Source: a virus (lineage: Duplodnaviria; Caudoviricetes). Taken from it: a stretch of 64,000 nucleotides of DNA. The DNA is taken from the IMG/VR virus record IMGVR_UViG_2700989005_000001, positions 32,001 through 96,000 of that record; one strand, written 5' to 3'. Shown here one piece after another: positions 7,998 through 17,620 of this stretch. The notes beneath the pieces were generated by a model, which ran no database searches, was not told where the DNA came from, and saw only the letters and a list, made by a program, of their open reading frames with translations. Made by a program: the position numbers and the translations under genes. How positions within the stretch are numbered: the first letter of the stretch is position 1; every line of letters starts with the position of its first letter.

Positions 7998-8153
7998 ATG
8001 TATAATGGTAATATGAACACTCCCGCGGGAATAGACTTAGACAAGCGTTCAGAATCGTACGAGGATTTCCTACTGAAGAGTAATGACAACTCTGAATATT
8101 CCCGTCGTGTAAAGCGCGCCATTAAAGCGAAACGAGCAAAGCGAGGTTATTAA
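7998..8153 (+). CDS. small basic hypothetical protein
   Basis: Translated by hand, 51 aa, fills gap. Confidence 0.55.
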   Translation: MYNGNMNTPAGIDLDKRSESYEDFLLKSNDNSEYSRRVKRAIKAKRAKRGY

Positions 8154-8154
8154 C

Positions 8155-8589
8155 ATGATTTACCGTTTCTGGAAAACATCAAATGATATCTGTCTTATTG
8201 AAATGACAGACGACCATGCCAACGAAGGCAAACGAGCGTATATGACTGACATGAATGATCTATACAAAGAAGAACATGGTCGTTATATTCTGCTCGGTCA
8301 TATTCATGCTTGGGGTACTATTGACTTTAGTACTTACGATATTCGCGAGTTACGTTGTCTCGGCTCTATTGAAACACAAGATCTTACTTTATCAGCTCAA
8401 GATAAATCTATCTTACAGCGTTGTATTGATAAAGAGGGGTTTGATTACGCCATGTTCCATTACAGTGATTATCACACAGTCGAGCGCAATCGAGTTCACT
8501 CTAAAGATTTTCATGCACTGAGAAACAATCTAGTCTCTGCTAAACGTGAGCTTGAAACATGGTTATCTATGCAAGGGGTTGAGTTATGA
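8155..8589 (+). CDS. hypothetical protein
   Basis: GAGG RBS. Confidence 0.8.
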   Translation: MIYRFWKTSNDICLIEMTDDHANEGKRAYMTDMNDLYKEEHGRYILLGHIHAWGTIDFSTYDIRELRCLGSIETQDLTLSAQDKSILQRCIDKEGFDYAMFHYSDYHTVERNRVHSKDFHALRNNLVSAKRELETWLSMQGVEL

Positions 8590-8771
8590 AAGTAGGTGAC
8601 GTTGTTAAAGTCTCTGCTGCGCCAGCTAGTCGTTATCACAATATCGACGGTCAACCAGTGACTATAATTGCTATTACTGAACATGATAACAAGCCGTTAT
8701 ACGTGTTCTTTCATGGCGGTCAGAACGGTACTGGTTATGGGGCAATGTTAGAGCACGGGTTTAAACGATGA
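8586..8771 (+). CDS. small SH3/KOW-like protein
   Basis: MKVGDVVKV start; ATGA overlap. Confidence 0.7.
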   Translation: MKVGDVVKVSAAPASRYHNIDGQPVTIIAITEHDNKPLYVFFHGGQNGTGYGAMLEHGFKR

Positions 8772-8923
8772 ACAAGATGTATGCCATTCGTTCTTCTCTA
8801 TACGGGTTGTTATGGAAAGTCGTTATATTCTCAGACAACTACGACCGAAGAACTGTTTCATATCATTTCACTTACAACGGGGCTTATGAGTTATGTCGTA
8901 AGCTAAACGAGGAAAGACAATGA
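8768..8923 (+). CDS. hypothetical protein (51 aa)
   Basis: Translated by hand; ATGA overlaps both sides. Confidence 0.6.
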   Translation: MNKMYAIRSSLYGLLWKVVIFSDNYDRRTVSYHFTYNGAYELCRKLNEERQ

Positions 8924-9387
8924 TACAGGTACAACAAGTTTCACTAGATATTGACCAATGGCTTGAGTATTCTTTGCAGAAATTCGAAGACGCGAAATCG
9001 CAATATCTCAAAGCCGTTGCTACAGCGAATGCATTCTCATGGAAGAAAGAAGAACCAGTTCTGGTGAAAACGTTCTTCATGGAATACGGTGGTGAAAGTG
9101 ATCCTCGTTATCTGCTTGAGTTCTGGTCTGAAGTCAATGCATATATTGACGAGCACACGAGCGACGACTGGCAGTTTTGTTGTATTGAAGAAAACGAGTA
9201 TGACGCCAACGATGACCCGTATGAAGATTACGAAATGCTATCGACTTCTATTGCAGTATATGCAACGGTCAAAGGCGATGATTACACGCAGTCTGAAGAA
9301 TATCGAGCGTTGAAAGATGACGTTGATCGTTGTCTAGATCATCTATTAGAATGCAAGGAAAATTTCAAGCGGGAGTTTAACAAATGA
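8920..9387 (+). CDS. hypothetical protein (acidic)
   Basis: GAGG RBS. Confidence 0.8.
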   Translation: MIQVQQVSLDIDQWLEYSLQKFEDAKSQYLKAVATANAFSWKKEEPVLVKTFFMEYGGESDPRYLLEFWSEVNAYIDEHTSDDWQFCCIEENEYDANDDPYEDYEMLSTSIAVYATVKGDDYTQSEEYRALKDDVDRCLDHLLECKENFKREFNK

Positions 9388-9704
9388 GCCAAATGGAATA
9401 TAATAAAGGGGTATTGCATCCCACTAGAAAGTCGATTGAAGAACTAGCTGAAGAACTCGTAACAGATTTACCAAGCTATTACGATTCTAAAGTCGAATAT
9501 CTCTTGGATAATCACGTCGATTATGGGCTAGTTTTGGTTTGTGACAAACCTTACACTGTCACTTTTGAAGCCGAGCGCGAAGACCTATATCATATTGCAC
9601 GCGCTGACGTGCAAGAAAACGGTGATATTCATTTCGAGACGTATCACTATAACGGTGGTGCTCACTGGACTGAAGTAGTAGAAGGTGCATTGCGTGAAAG
9701 TTGA
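9384..9704 (+). CDS. hypothetical protein
   Basis: GGAG RBS; C-terminal YNGG. Confidence 0.8.
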   Translation: MSQMEYNKGVLHPTRKSIEELAEELVTDLPSYYDSKVEYLLDNHVDYGLVLVCDKPYTVTFEAEREDLYHIARADVQENGDIHFETYHYNGGAHWTEVVEGALRES

Positions 9705-10608
9705 TTCAGTAGACAAGATTGCCATGTACATGTCGATGGTGAGTAAAACCCCTTTTCGATACAAGGGTAATTTGTACGTCCCTAAGACGATGCGCATTCA
9801 AGAGAACATACGCAAGGGATTTTTATGTCCAGCGTCTTGTGGTTCATGTTGTGGTCGTTGGAGTTTAGATTATCTACCAAATGACTATCTCGATGAACAT
9901 GACACGCATGGTGTAGAGACACGCGCTCCGTTAGAAGCTCAATCTGACTTATACGAAAAGCGTGTAATCAATGTCAACGGGAAAGACGTAGTTTTACTTT
10001 CTGACACTCAAGAAAAAGATTACACGAATAGAACATTAAAGCCGAATGCATGTCGTAATGTCAGTATGACAGGTCGTTGTGATATTCACAATTTCGTATT
10101 ACAAGGTGATTATGGTCAACCGTTCTCATGTGATTTCGAAATCATACGTTTCATCTCACCTGCTGGTCATGCTCAAGGTCATGTAACAGAGAAGCAATTC
10201 AAAGAGGGTATTAGATACTCGATTGGTCGTATTACAACTGATCTGTATGCCAATGACCGTCATATGCGCGACGTACATGGTAAATGGCGTGAAATGAAGA
10301 GCTTGTCACACCCTGATTTTATCGATGTTAAACATGTTGATTTACCTGGCCCTAAGTGTAAACTAACTGACGTAGATGAAGACAGCGTTGCCGATGCGAT
10401 TCGTAAGTTTCGTCGTCTACAAGTATGGAGTGATTACTTCGGTATTGAGACGTGGTTAGATGAGATCATCGACTGGCTTGAAACGAAGAAGTTCGGTTCA
10501 TTTGTTGTTAATGCACAGCCACAGACGAAATTCAAAGAATCAGATACAGGTTATACGAACATGAAGCCGTATGAACTAAGTGATTATGAGAAAAATGAAG
10601 ATAATTGA
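9694..10608 (+). CDS. CxxxCxxCC (YkgJ-like) cysteine-cluster protein
   Basis: FLCPASCGSCC...ACRNV...GRCDIH...QPFSCDF; GTG start. Confidence 0.65.
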   Translation: MKVDSVDKIAMYMSMVSKTPFRYKGNLYVPKTMRIQENIRKGFLCPASCGSCCGRWSLDYLPNDYLDEHDTHGVETRAPLEAQSDLYEKRVINVNGKDVVLLSDTQEKDYTNRTLKPNACRNVSMTGRCDIHNFVLQGDYGQPFSCDFEIIRFISPAGHAQGHVTEKQFKEGIRYSIGRITTDLYANDRHMRDVHGKWREMKSLSHPDFIDVKHVDLPGPKCKLTDVDEDSVADAIRKFRRLQVWSDYFGIETWLDEIIDWLETKKFGSFVVNAQPQTKFKESDTGYTNMKPYELSDYEKNEDN

Positions 10609-10937
10609 TGGTTGTCAATGGTGATTATCTAATGAGAATAGTTGAATTAGAAGCGCAAATGAAAGCTCTTCAGAAAGAGATTGACGAAGAGCGTGATAAA
10701 TGTCGTCATACAAGAGTCACGTATACTATTGGTTCAAATGACAGTGGTGATTGGCGTGATGTTCGTTGTATTGACTGCAAGACCGTACATCGTTTCTACT
10801 CTCATGTTGATATATTAAACTATCATATGCAACGTGAGATTGGTAGTGATTTGAGTATTGAAGAAGAGAAGTACAAAATCTACTTGCAAGTTAAAGCAGC
10901 GATTGACGGTGAGCCAGTTCCACCATATCCATATTAA
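10608..10937 (+). CDS. coiled-coil plus Zn-ribbon protein, paralog of 11516-11818
   Basis: ELEAQ...CRHTRV...CIDC. Confidence 0.75.
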   Translation: MVVNGDYLMRIVELEAQMKALQKEIDEERDKCRHTRVTYTIGSNDSGDWRDVRCIDCKTVHRFYSHVDILNYHMQREIGSDLSIEEEKYKIYLQVKAAIDGEPVPPYPY

Positions 10938-10945
10938 GGACTAAC

Positions 10946-11515
10946 ATGGCAAAACTTTACTACAATTATTCCGCTATGAACGCGGGCAAATCTGCACAGT
11001 TGTTACAAGCTGCTCATAACTATGAACAGACTGGTTCTACTGTGTGGTATTTTAACTACTACCAAGACAATCGTTTTGGTGGAACTGGTAAGATCTCAAG
11101 TCGTATTGGGCTTGAGCATGATGCAGTATTGTACTCTGAGGACTTCGACTTCATTGACTATGCGTTATTTGAACTAGTTCCTGCTGCGATTTTCGTTGAC
11201 GAATGTCAGTTTCTAACTGAGAAACAAGTACTTCAGCTTGCTACTCTTGTTGATCAGTACAACATACCAGTGCTTTGTTATGGCATACGTAATGATTACA
11301 TGGGTAATTTGTTTGCGGGTTCTGCTGCATTGATGTGCCATGCCGATGAGATTCGCGAAATCAAAGCAATGTGTTCAGTTGATGGTTGTCATAAGAAAGC
11401 AACACATATCGGCTTGTACATCGATGGTGAGCGCGTAACAGAAGGCGAGCAGACACATATCGGTGATACTGATTACCGTAGTATGTGTCGTAAGCATTTT
11501 CTAAAGGGGATTTAG
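10946..11515 (+). CDS. tk: thymidine kinase
   Basis: AKLYYNYSAMNAGKS P-loop, ISSRIG, VDECQF, CYG.R.D, C-terminal Zn site. Confidence 0.97.
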   Translation: MAKLYYNYSAMNAGKSAQLLQAAHNYEQTGSTVWYFNYYQDNRFGGTGKISSRIGLEHDAVLYSEDFDFIDYALFELVPAAIFVDECQFLTEKQVLQLATLVDQYNIPVLCYGIRNDYMGNLFAGSAALMCHADEIREIKAMCSVDGCHKKATHIGLYIDGERVTEGEQTHIGDTDYRSMCRKHFLKGI

Positions 11516-11818
11516 ATGGACAGCGTATTTGAATTAGAAGCGCAGATTGCCGAGCTTCAACATAAGTTAGAACAAGAGCGCAGTCGTTGCCAACATACTC
11601 GTGTGGCTTATGAACTCAAGTCTAACACGGGCAATTACGACCCGACGTGTGATTGTTATTGGAATGAAGTGAAATGCATTGACTGTGGTACTCGTATGCA
11701 TTTTGATTCAGACGATGACAATATAAATTATCGTCTTAAAGGTGTAATCGGTTCTGAAGCGCAAATTCAGAAGACCGATTACGAAACATATTTGAAAGTG
11801 AAAAGGGTGTTGGGATGA
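11516..11818 (+). CDS. coiled-coil plus Zn-ribbon protein, paralog of 10608-10937
   Basis: ELEAQ...CQHTRV...CIDC. Confidence 0.75.
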   Translation: MDSVFELEAQIAELQHKLEQERSRCQHTRVAYELKSNTGNYDPTCDCYWNEVKCIDCGTRMHFDSDDDNINYRLKGVIGSEAQIQKTDYETYLKVKRVLG

Positions 11819-12162
11819 AATACGTACGTTATACAGAATATAACGATCACGAAGGTGAAACATGGCATCGTTTTATACCGATGACAGACCCGTGTTTAGA
11901 CAAGTTTCTAGATGTCATGAAGCTAGTTGAAGATGATCCCGAAGAATCGTATTCGATTGAAGTCGATGCCGACGGTAAAGTTGTTCAATACGACGAATCA
12001 TACGTGAAAGTTCTTGAAGAAGAAAGTACGTATATGAGCGGTTACATGGACGTGTATGCCGTATGTAATATTAACGAAAAGCTATTCGAATGGGTTGCCG
12101 ATGTCGAAAATGACGTTGAAGCAACTTGCGAACTACTATACAAAATGGGGTGGGCAAAATGA
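11815..12162 (+). CDS. hypothetical protein
   Basis: ATGA overlap; E.ND.EGETW. Confidence 0.8.
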   Translation: MKYVRYTEYNDHEGETWHRFIPMTDPCLDKFLDVMKLVEDDPEESYSIEVDADGKVVQYDESYVKVLEEESTYMSGYMDVYAVCNINEKLFEWVADVENDVEATCELLYKMGWAK

Positions 12163-12482
12163 GCCAAGCACTATATGACGCAGTAAAAGCGTACAACGAC
12201 GAACATGGTTATTCAAACGAGCCAGATTCGATGTATGAAACATTTGTAGAATGTTTGAGCAAGCGAGTCGTCCAAGAAGAAACCGATTCTGAGCATCGTT
12301 GGTATGACGTTCGTTCTGTCGTACATGCTGTTGACATCGACGGTGTAGAGCGTTACTTCGCTACGTTTGATTATCACATTACTGGTGATAACTGTGCCAG
12401 TGACATGTGTTTAGACATGCCGACGCTTGATGATGTAGCAGAAGTTCATCCGCATCAAGTGACAATGACTGTTTACAAGTAA
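12159..12482 (+). CDS. hypothetical protein
   Basis: ATGA overlap; EHRWY motif. Confidence 0.8.
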   Translation: MSQALYDAVKAYNDEHGYSNEPDSMYETFVECLSKRVVQEETDSEHRWYDVRSVVHAVDIDGVERYFATFDYHITGDNCASDMCLDMPTLDDVAEVHPHQVTMTVYK

Positions 12483-12766
12483 TGGACAAATGTACATTAA
12501 CTGCGTTATGTGAGCGGGCGGCTTTGTTGTCTGTTCACTTACCAGTTGAGAAGCGTGACCGTTGTCTATCTATGATTGATGTGCTACTAGCTAATTCACA
12601 TTGGCCCGATCTAAAGATTGGTGGTTGGTTAGAGCACATTATCACAGTGTGTATTGAAAACGATATAACGACTATCGACGCAGAGCGTGAATTCAGTCGT
12701 CCGATAAAACATGCGTATTACAGAAGTATAGGTCTTGAACCGCCAGTGACAATTGATCTATCATAA
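12482..12766 (+). CDS. hypothetical protein
   Basis: TAATG overlap. Confidence 0.75.
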   Translation: MDKCTLTALCERAALLSVHLPVEKRDRCLSMIDVLLANSHWPDLKIGGWLEHIITVCIENDITTIDAEREFSRPIKHAYYRSIGLEPPVTIDLS

Positions 12767-12798
12767 GTAATACGTAAGTCATCAAATAAGGAACAACA

Positions 12799-13092
12799 AT
12801 GAAAAGCTTTAAAGAATTCAACGAGTCGGTCATGCGCGTATCGAAAAATTTCATATACAACACGCCGAATCGAAACATCGATCTAGTTGTGTTAGATGTA
12901 ACTGATGATTCTGGTAATTGGAATGTATCAGGTGATACAGTTCATTATGTTGAGTATACAGGTGTGAGTGTAAGTGAAGTGAAAACAGCAAGCGTAGCGC
13001 AGTTTACTTCTCTTGTAACTAAACGCGGTTCTCGATTAGATCGTGGTCAGATTGAAAAGATAAAAAGCGGTGAAGATTTAATTAGCCGTTAA
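12799..13092 (+). CDS. putative internal head protein (IP-like)
   Basis: N-terminus MKSFKEFNE resembles T4 IP capsid-targeting sequence (MKTFKEF/MKTYQEFIAE); own RBS and terminator. Confidence 0.55.
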   Translation: MKSFKEFNESVMRVSKNFIYNTPNRNIDLVVLDVTDDSGNWNVSGDTVHYVEYTGVSVSEVKTASVAQFTSLVTKRGSRLDRGQIEKIKSGEDLISR

Positions 13093-13104
13093 TTAGCCGT
13101 TAAT

Positions 13105-13129
13105 AAAGCCCCTTAATTGGGGCTTTTTT
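13105..13129 (+). terminator. rho-independent terminator (repeated GCCCC-TTAAT-GGGGC type)
   Basis: AAAGCCCCTTAATTGGGGCTTTTTT. Confidence 0.85.
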
Positions 13130-13180
13130 AGGTCTGAAGAAAAATAAAAGAAAAAAGTTTAAGTTTTTTGCAAAAAGTGG

Positions 13181-13264
13181 TTGCGTGGTGAATGGTGATT
13201 TAGTATTATATCTACATCGAAACGAGATACACAATCTTAAACGACTTAACTAAGAGAGAACATT
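13181..13264 (+). promoter_or_regulatory. early promoter with conserved leader
   Basis: A-tract upstream, TTGCGT 13181-13186, TATTAT 13204-13209, ATCGAAACGAGATAC, GAGAGAACATT. Confidence 0.8.
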
Positions 13265-13831
13265 ATGCCAAGCAATCTAAACAACATCAAAATCAAAGAC
13301 ATTCGCGAATTCGGTATCAGCACTATTTTATACAAAGATTTCACTATCTTTGCTACTGAAGAAGCAGATGAGATTGTACTACGCGCTGCTGTATGTTACG
13401 ACGAAAACTCAGACGCACACGTATCAGTGACTGAAGTATGCGGTGACACTCTTAAAGAAGCGAAAGCTTACTTGCAAGCTGAGTTGAACGACATCGAGCA
13501 CACTGCTGGTCAAATCGCTGAAATGGCAATTGCACAAGATGACTTCACTGGTCAATACGAAGACCTAGTTGCGAAATGCACTGCTCCGAAAGTTGAAAAA
13601 CCAGTAGAAGTTAAAGCCGAAGCGCCTAAGAAAACTAACGTACGTGGTCAAGCAGCACGTGAATTAGTAGCTGAGAAAGCAACAGAGATTCTTGGTATGA
13701 CTGACATCACTTTTGAGCAGCGTGGCAAGTACAAAGATTGGTACATCATGAGCAACGACGCTGAAGGCAATGCATTTGAGCAACGTCTAGACGTATTCAA
13801 GAAGAAACTAGTAGTAATGGGAGCACTGTAA
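13265..13831 (+). CDS. hypothetical early protein
   Basis: Canonical leader, 188 aa. Confidence 0.85.
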   Translation: MPSNLNNIKIKDIREFGISTILYKDFTIFATEEADEIVLRAAVCYDENSDAHVSVTEVCGDTLKEAKAYLQAELNDIEHTAGQIAEMAIAQDDFTGQYEDLVAKCTAPKVEKPVEVKAEAPKKTNVRGQAARELVAEKATEILGMTDITFEQRGKYKDWYIMSNDAEGNAFEQRLDVFKKKLVVMGAL

Positions 13832-14133
13832 TGCAAAAGATTTATGTTGTACGCTATCAAACTGACATGACTGAAGGGCGCGGTATGATGAAACCAACCG
13901 CGTATTTCACAAACGAAGATGATGCATGGGCTTGTACTAAAGGTAAGACTGGTGTCATGGGTCGCAAGCCTGCAAAAGGCGACTGGCGAAATGAATCGTA
14001 CCCTGATTGGGATGTTAAAGAAATTACAGTGTACGAGTCACTTGACGAAAGCACAGCCGCGCATAGAGAGAGTCTAAAGCAAGCTGCGTTAGCGAAACTA
14101 AGCAAAGAAGAGCGATGGGCGTTGGGACTATGA
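13831..14133 (+). CDS. hypothetical protein
   Basis: GGAG RBS; TEGRG...GVMG...ALAKLS.EER.ALGL. Confidence 0.8.
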   Translation: MQKIYVVRYQTDMTEGRGMMKPTAYFTNEDDAWACTKGKTGVMGRKPAKGDWRNESYPDWDVKEITVYESLDESTAAHRESLKQAALAKLSKEERWALGL

Positions 14134-14366
14134 CAAGACAACAAGAGCGTATTCTAGAAGGTCTACGCAACGGCACGATGATCGCATACGCTTACACTAG
14201 CAATAACAAGCTATGCTTTCATGAGCAGCAAAACAGACCGTGTGTATTGCCGATGACGATTACGTGTCGTGCTTTACTCAAGAAAGGTTTAATTTCGCTT
14301 GCAGATCATACGAGCGTATCATTAGAGCATTATCAAGGTGAGGCACAGCATGTTAGCGTTAATTAA
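14130..14366 (+). CDS. hypothetical protein
   Basis: ATGA overlap. Confidence 0.7.
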   Translation: MTRQQERILEGLRNGTMIAYAYTSNNKLCFHEQQNRPCVLPMTITCRALLKKGLISLADHTSVSLEHYQGEAQHVSVN

Positions 14367-14610
14367 ATCGCGAGTTGTATACGACAGAATCCCTATTAAC
14401 ACTGCTGAAGAGCTTCGCGATAACATTACTGATGTTCGCATGTTCAATGACGAATTAGACTTGTTCTACCCGTGCGGTAAGCCGGGTATGGTCAAGCGTC
14501 TGTGTTTTGTCAAAGCGGCAGATGTTGATTTCGACGGTGAGACATACGATGATGCACTGACACACTTTCAAGAGAATTACAAGAAGTATTGGGAGGTGAT
14601 AAATGTCTGA
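14350..14610 (+). CDS. hypothetical protein
   Basis: GAGG RBS. Confidence 0.7.
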   Translation: MLALIKSRVVYDRIPINTAEELRDNITDVRMFNDELDLFYPCGKPGMVKRLCFVKAADVDFDGETYDDALTHFQENYKKYWEVINV

Positions 14611-14848
14611 TATTACAGCTATCGTATACTTCGGTTCGTACTTCGGTGTTATGTTGTTGATTATCGCGTATTACATTTACTACGAAGTTAAAAACAACAA
14701 AGAGAAGACAACGAGTGATTTTGCTCAACGTGTTCTAGTGATTGGTATGTTATGGCCCTTTATTTCAATCTTTATAATTGTGATTGGGTCGGCAATTGCT
14801 GTAGAAAAGTTATTCATAATGGTTGTAAACAAGCTAAAAGGCAGATAA
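14603..14848 (+). CDS. membrane protein
   Basis: GGAGG RBS; two TM segments with LWP. Confidence 0.75.
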   Translation: MSDITAIVYFGSYFGVMLLIIAYYIYYEVKNNKEKTTSDFAQRVLVIGMLWPFISIFIIVIGSAIAVEKLFIMVVNKLKGR

Positions 14849-14849
14849 A

Positions 14850-15020
14850 ATGGTAAATCAAATCAGACGTATTAACGGTGAAGATTTTATTGTGAAATCT
14901 CATCGAGATAACAAGTGTGAAGTACAAAAACTTTCACATGCTGAATTAGTTCTTGACACGTACGAAGTTCATGAGCTAGAATCTTTCGAACTGATTACAA
15001 CACTATATGATACATTTTAA
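14850..15020 (+). CDS. hypothetical protein (56 aa)
   Basis: Translated by hand, fills gap. Confidence 0.6.
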   Translation: MVNQIRRINGEDFIVKSHRDNKCEVQKLSHAELVLDTYEVHELESFELITTLYDTF

Positions 15021-15029
15021 GGACATATT

Positions 15030-15650
15030 ATGAACATCAAAGATTTGAGATTTTTCTTTCGCGGCGATGACGCATACGTTGCAATTCACACTACGAATTC
15101 AAATTATTTTCTACACAGCATGCCTGCTACAGAGAACGGTTTTGTTGTTGTGCCAAAAAATCAGATGCACAAATATGAAAGCTTTACGTATGATGAATAT
15201 AGAAATGCATTCAGTAATTGGGACGACGAAGATTTCATCAACGAAGTTGAATGGGTTTATAAGCTTGGTAGTGATATTCTCGAATCTCGTAAAGAAAAGC
15301 AACGTGCAAGGTCTGCTGAAAACTACCAAAAACGAAAGCAGAAAAAATCTATGGGGAATGACGAGAATAGTTCTCAACCCTCATTGAATACGCCGATGGG
15401 ATACGCTGTTGCGTTGATGCGCAATGATTTATCGGCTCGTGAGCTACTATCGATGCATGACGGTCTTGCTTCTTCTGAGCAAATGTATTTGAAACACGTC
15501 GAGAATGTTACAGGTGAACCGAGAGGTTCGGCAACAATTTTCAATGCAAAACGATTGTTAAAAACGACTCTACGTTCACAAGAAATCAGTGAAATCAATG
15601 CAGAGATTCAACGTCTTGAGCAACTAAAAGCACAACTTGCAAACAAATAA
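15030..15650 (+). CDS. hypothetical protein
   Basis: AAGGA RBS; coiled-coil C-terminus. Confidence 0.8.
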   Translation: MNIKDLRFFFRGDDAYVAIHTTNSNYFLHSMPATENGFVVVPKNQMHKYESFTYDEYRNAFSNWDDEDFINEVEWVYKLGSDILESRKEKQRARSAENYQKRKQKKSMGNDENSSQPSLNTPMGYAVALMRNDLSARELLSMHDGLASSEQMYLKHVENVTGEPRGSATIFNAKRLLKTTLRSQEISEINAEIQRLEQLKAQLANK

Positions 15651-15681
15651 AACTTTATCCAAAACTTGAGAGAAAAACATT

Positions 15682-16236
15682 ATGAACAAATCAGTACAAC
15701 TAGTAATCGCATTCGCTGGAACTTACATGCCAACTGCATACGAGCTTGGTCAGAATTTCTACGACGAAAGCAAAAGCGATACATATATCGACTCAGTGCG
15801 TCGTCAATGTGCTAAAGAGCTTGAAGAAGGTGTGAAAGCGGGATTGCTAACTCGCGTCAAAGGTAAGAAATACGCAGGTTCTACTAAGTTTGCACACCGT
15901 TACACATGTCGTAAGTACGCTGACAAGATTGGTCTGAAGAACGTACAGTACCGTGACGGTCGCAATGCTCCACCACGCACTGGTATTATTGCACTGATTG
16001 AAAAATGTATTGCCGAAATGATTGTCGATAAGTCGTACCGTCATAAGAAATTCACTTCGAACGAAGTTGGTATCGAGACTGTTATTCAATACATTCGAGA
16101 AGGCAAAACACCTGCTGCACGCAAGATCTTGCGCAGCCACGCGAACACATATGAAAAGAACGTAAAATACGTTGTTCGCAATCATCGCGGTGTGCTTGAT
16201 GACCAAGCTGTTAATTTGCAAGACTTGGTGAAATAA
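15682..16236 (+). CDS. basic hypothetical protein, possible winged helix
   Basis: GAGAG RBS; TAYELG...VRRQCAKELE..V..GLL.RV. Confidence 0.75.
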   Translation: MNKSVQLVIAFAGTYMPTAYELGQNFYDESKSDTYIDSVRRQCAKELEEGVKAGLLTRVKGKKYAGSTKFAHRYTCRKYADKIGLKNVQYRDGRNAPPRTGIIALIEKCIAEMIVDKSYRHKKFTSNEVGIETVIQYIREGKTPAARKILRSHANTYEKNVKYVVRNHRGVLDDQAVNLQDLVK

Positions 16237-16628
16237 TGCAACCAATAGACGTAAGAGAAAGATTGCCGCATGAAAGCGGCACTTATCTCTGTATCAGATA
16301 CGGTATGCCGTATAAACCAGAGCCAATTGAATTCGATGCGGGCGATGAGCAACTAGATGAAGAGCCAAGATGGTTTGATTCTCTAAGTCACATGCATGGT
16401 GGTGGCGGTGGTGTTAAACGTTACTGTGAACTGACTAACGCAGAGAAATACTGGCGAACCAACTTCGGTAAAGTGATTTATTGGTTCGAATCACCTGAGA
16501 ATCACATGAGTGGTCACGATTTCAAAGATTACATGATTGCAGAACTTAGTAGTCGCGGTATTGACCCAGATGAAATCACTGGCGGCTGGGAAAAAATTGA
16601 ACACGGAGATATCAAATGCATCAAATGA
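16236..16628 (+). CDS. DUF551-like protein
   Basis: VRERLP...YL...VIYW. Confidence 0.65.
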   Translation: MQPIDVRERLPHESGTYLCIRYGMPYKPEPIEFDAGDEQLDEEPRWFDSLSHMHGGGGGVKRYCELTNAEKYWRTNFGKVIYWFESPENHMSGHDFKDYMIAELSSRGIDPDEITGGWEKIEHGDIKCIK

Positions 16629-17209
16629 CAGTACACGTATGCGACTACTGCGATTTTCAAAGCATATTACAAGGTGAAGTTGCAGCTCATGAAAAGCGTT
16701 GCGCACAGCACGACACGTTTTTAAAAGTCAAAGCAATTCAGCAAGCACAAGCAAGCGCATATCTTGATACGATTCGTTTACGTGCATGTTCGTTCAAGCA
16801 CTTGTTTGAAATCATTCAAGATGAAGAAGACATGATCATCGAAGCGGTTCACGTGTTACACTACTACGGTGAAGAGCGTAAAACACCGCGAATGATGAAT
16901 GTCAGATGGGAATATTGTCTTTTCAGTACTCAACACAAGCCATTTATCGAAGCGCGTATGACACACAGTGCGCCAGTTGGTGAGAATACTTGCTCGATGT
17001 GGTCAGAAAACAACGAAGATATTAAGCGCGGTCTAGCTTGCAATATTCGTTGTCATTGGGAACAACAAGGTAGTAGAAAATCGTTTGATTTGTATCGCAA
17101 GTATCTAGGACACATACCAGGTGTTAACTGTGGTTCGGGCGGTGGGGTTGGACAATGCAATTCTTATCTAACACTATGGAAAGATGACTTTCCGTTAATT
17201 CGAGGTTAA
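16616..17209 (+). CDS. hypothetical protein with N-terminal Zn finger
   Basis: CDYC...HEKRC. Confidence 0.75.
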   Translation: MHQMTVHVCDYCDFQSILQGEVAAHEKRCAQHDTFLKVKAIQQAQASAYLDTIRLRACSFKHLFEIIQDEEDMIIEAVHVLHYYGEERKTPRMMNVRWEYCLFSTQHKPFIEARMTHSAPVGENTCSMWSENNEDIKRGLACNIRCHWEQQGSRKSFDLYRKYLGHIPGVNCGSGGGVGQCNSYLTLWKDDFPLIRG

Positions 17210-17210
17210 C

Positions 17211-17612
17211 ATGAATTTAGAAGAATACCGAGCAAAGTGCGAAGAAATTTTAGAAAACGCTGAACGTTACGCGAACGCGATTCACCCTTATTTGAGTGAT
17301 TATGAAAATCGAGAGATTCATGGTTCTATGCGATTTGTCAGTGCTACAATCGACGAAGAAGGTGATATCTGTATTCTATTTGAAGATCGTTTCCGCGGTG
17401 AAGTGTTTGACGACAGCGTTTACACGTACGACATTGGTGATTTCTTTACCACTGAATCGACAGACGCAGAGATTGCTTCATATATCGAACAAGCAGAAAA
17501 AAGAAAGCTTGAACGCGAAGCGCGAATCGAAAAGAAAAAAGAAGACGAGAAAGCCGCAATTGAAGCGCGAGAACGCGCTGAGTTGAAACGTCTTTCTGAA
17601 AAATACCAATAG
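17211..17612 (+). CDS. hypothetical protein, paralog of C-terminal part of 17621-18274
   Basis: IDEEGDICILF...ELKRLSEKY. Confidence 0.8.
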   Translation: MNLEEYRAKCEEILENAERYANAIHPYLSDYENREIHGSMRFVSATIDEEGDICILFEDRFRGEVFDDSVYTYDIGDFFTTESTDAEIASYIEQAEKRKLEREARIEKKKEDEKAAIEARERAELKRLSEKYQ

Positions 17613-17620
17613 AGGTTAAC

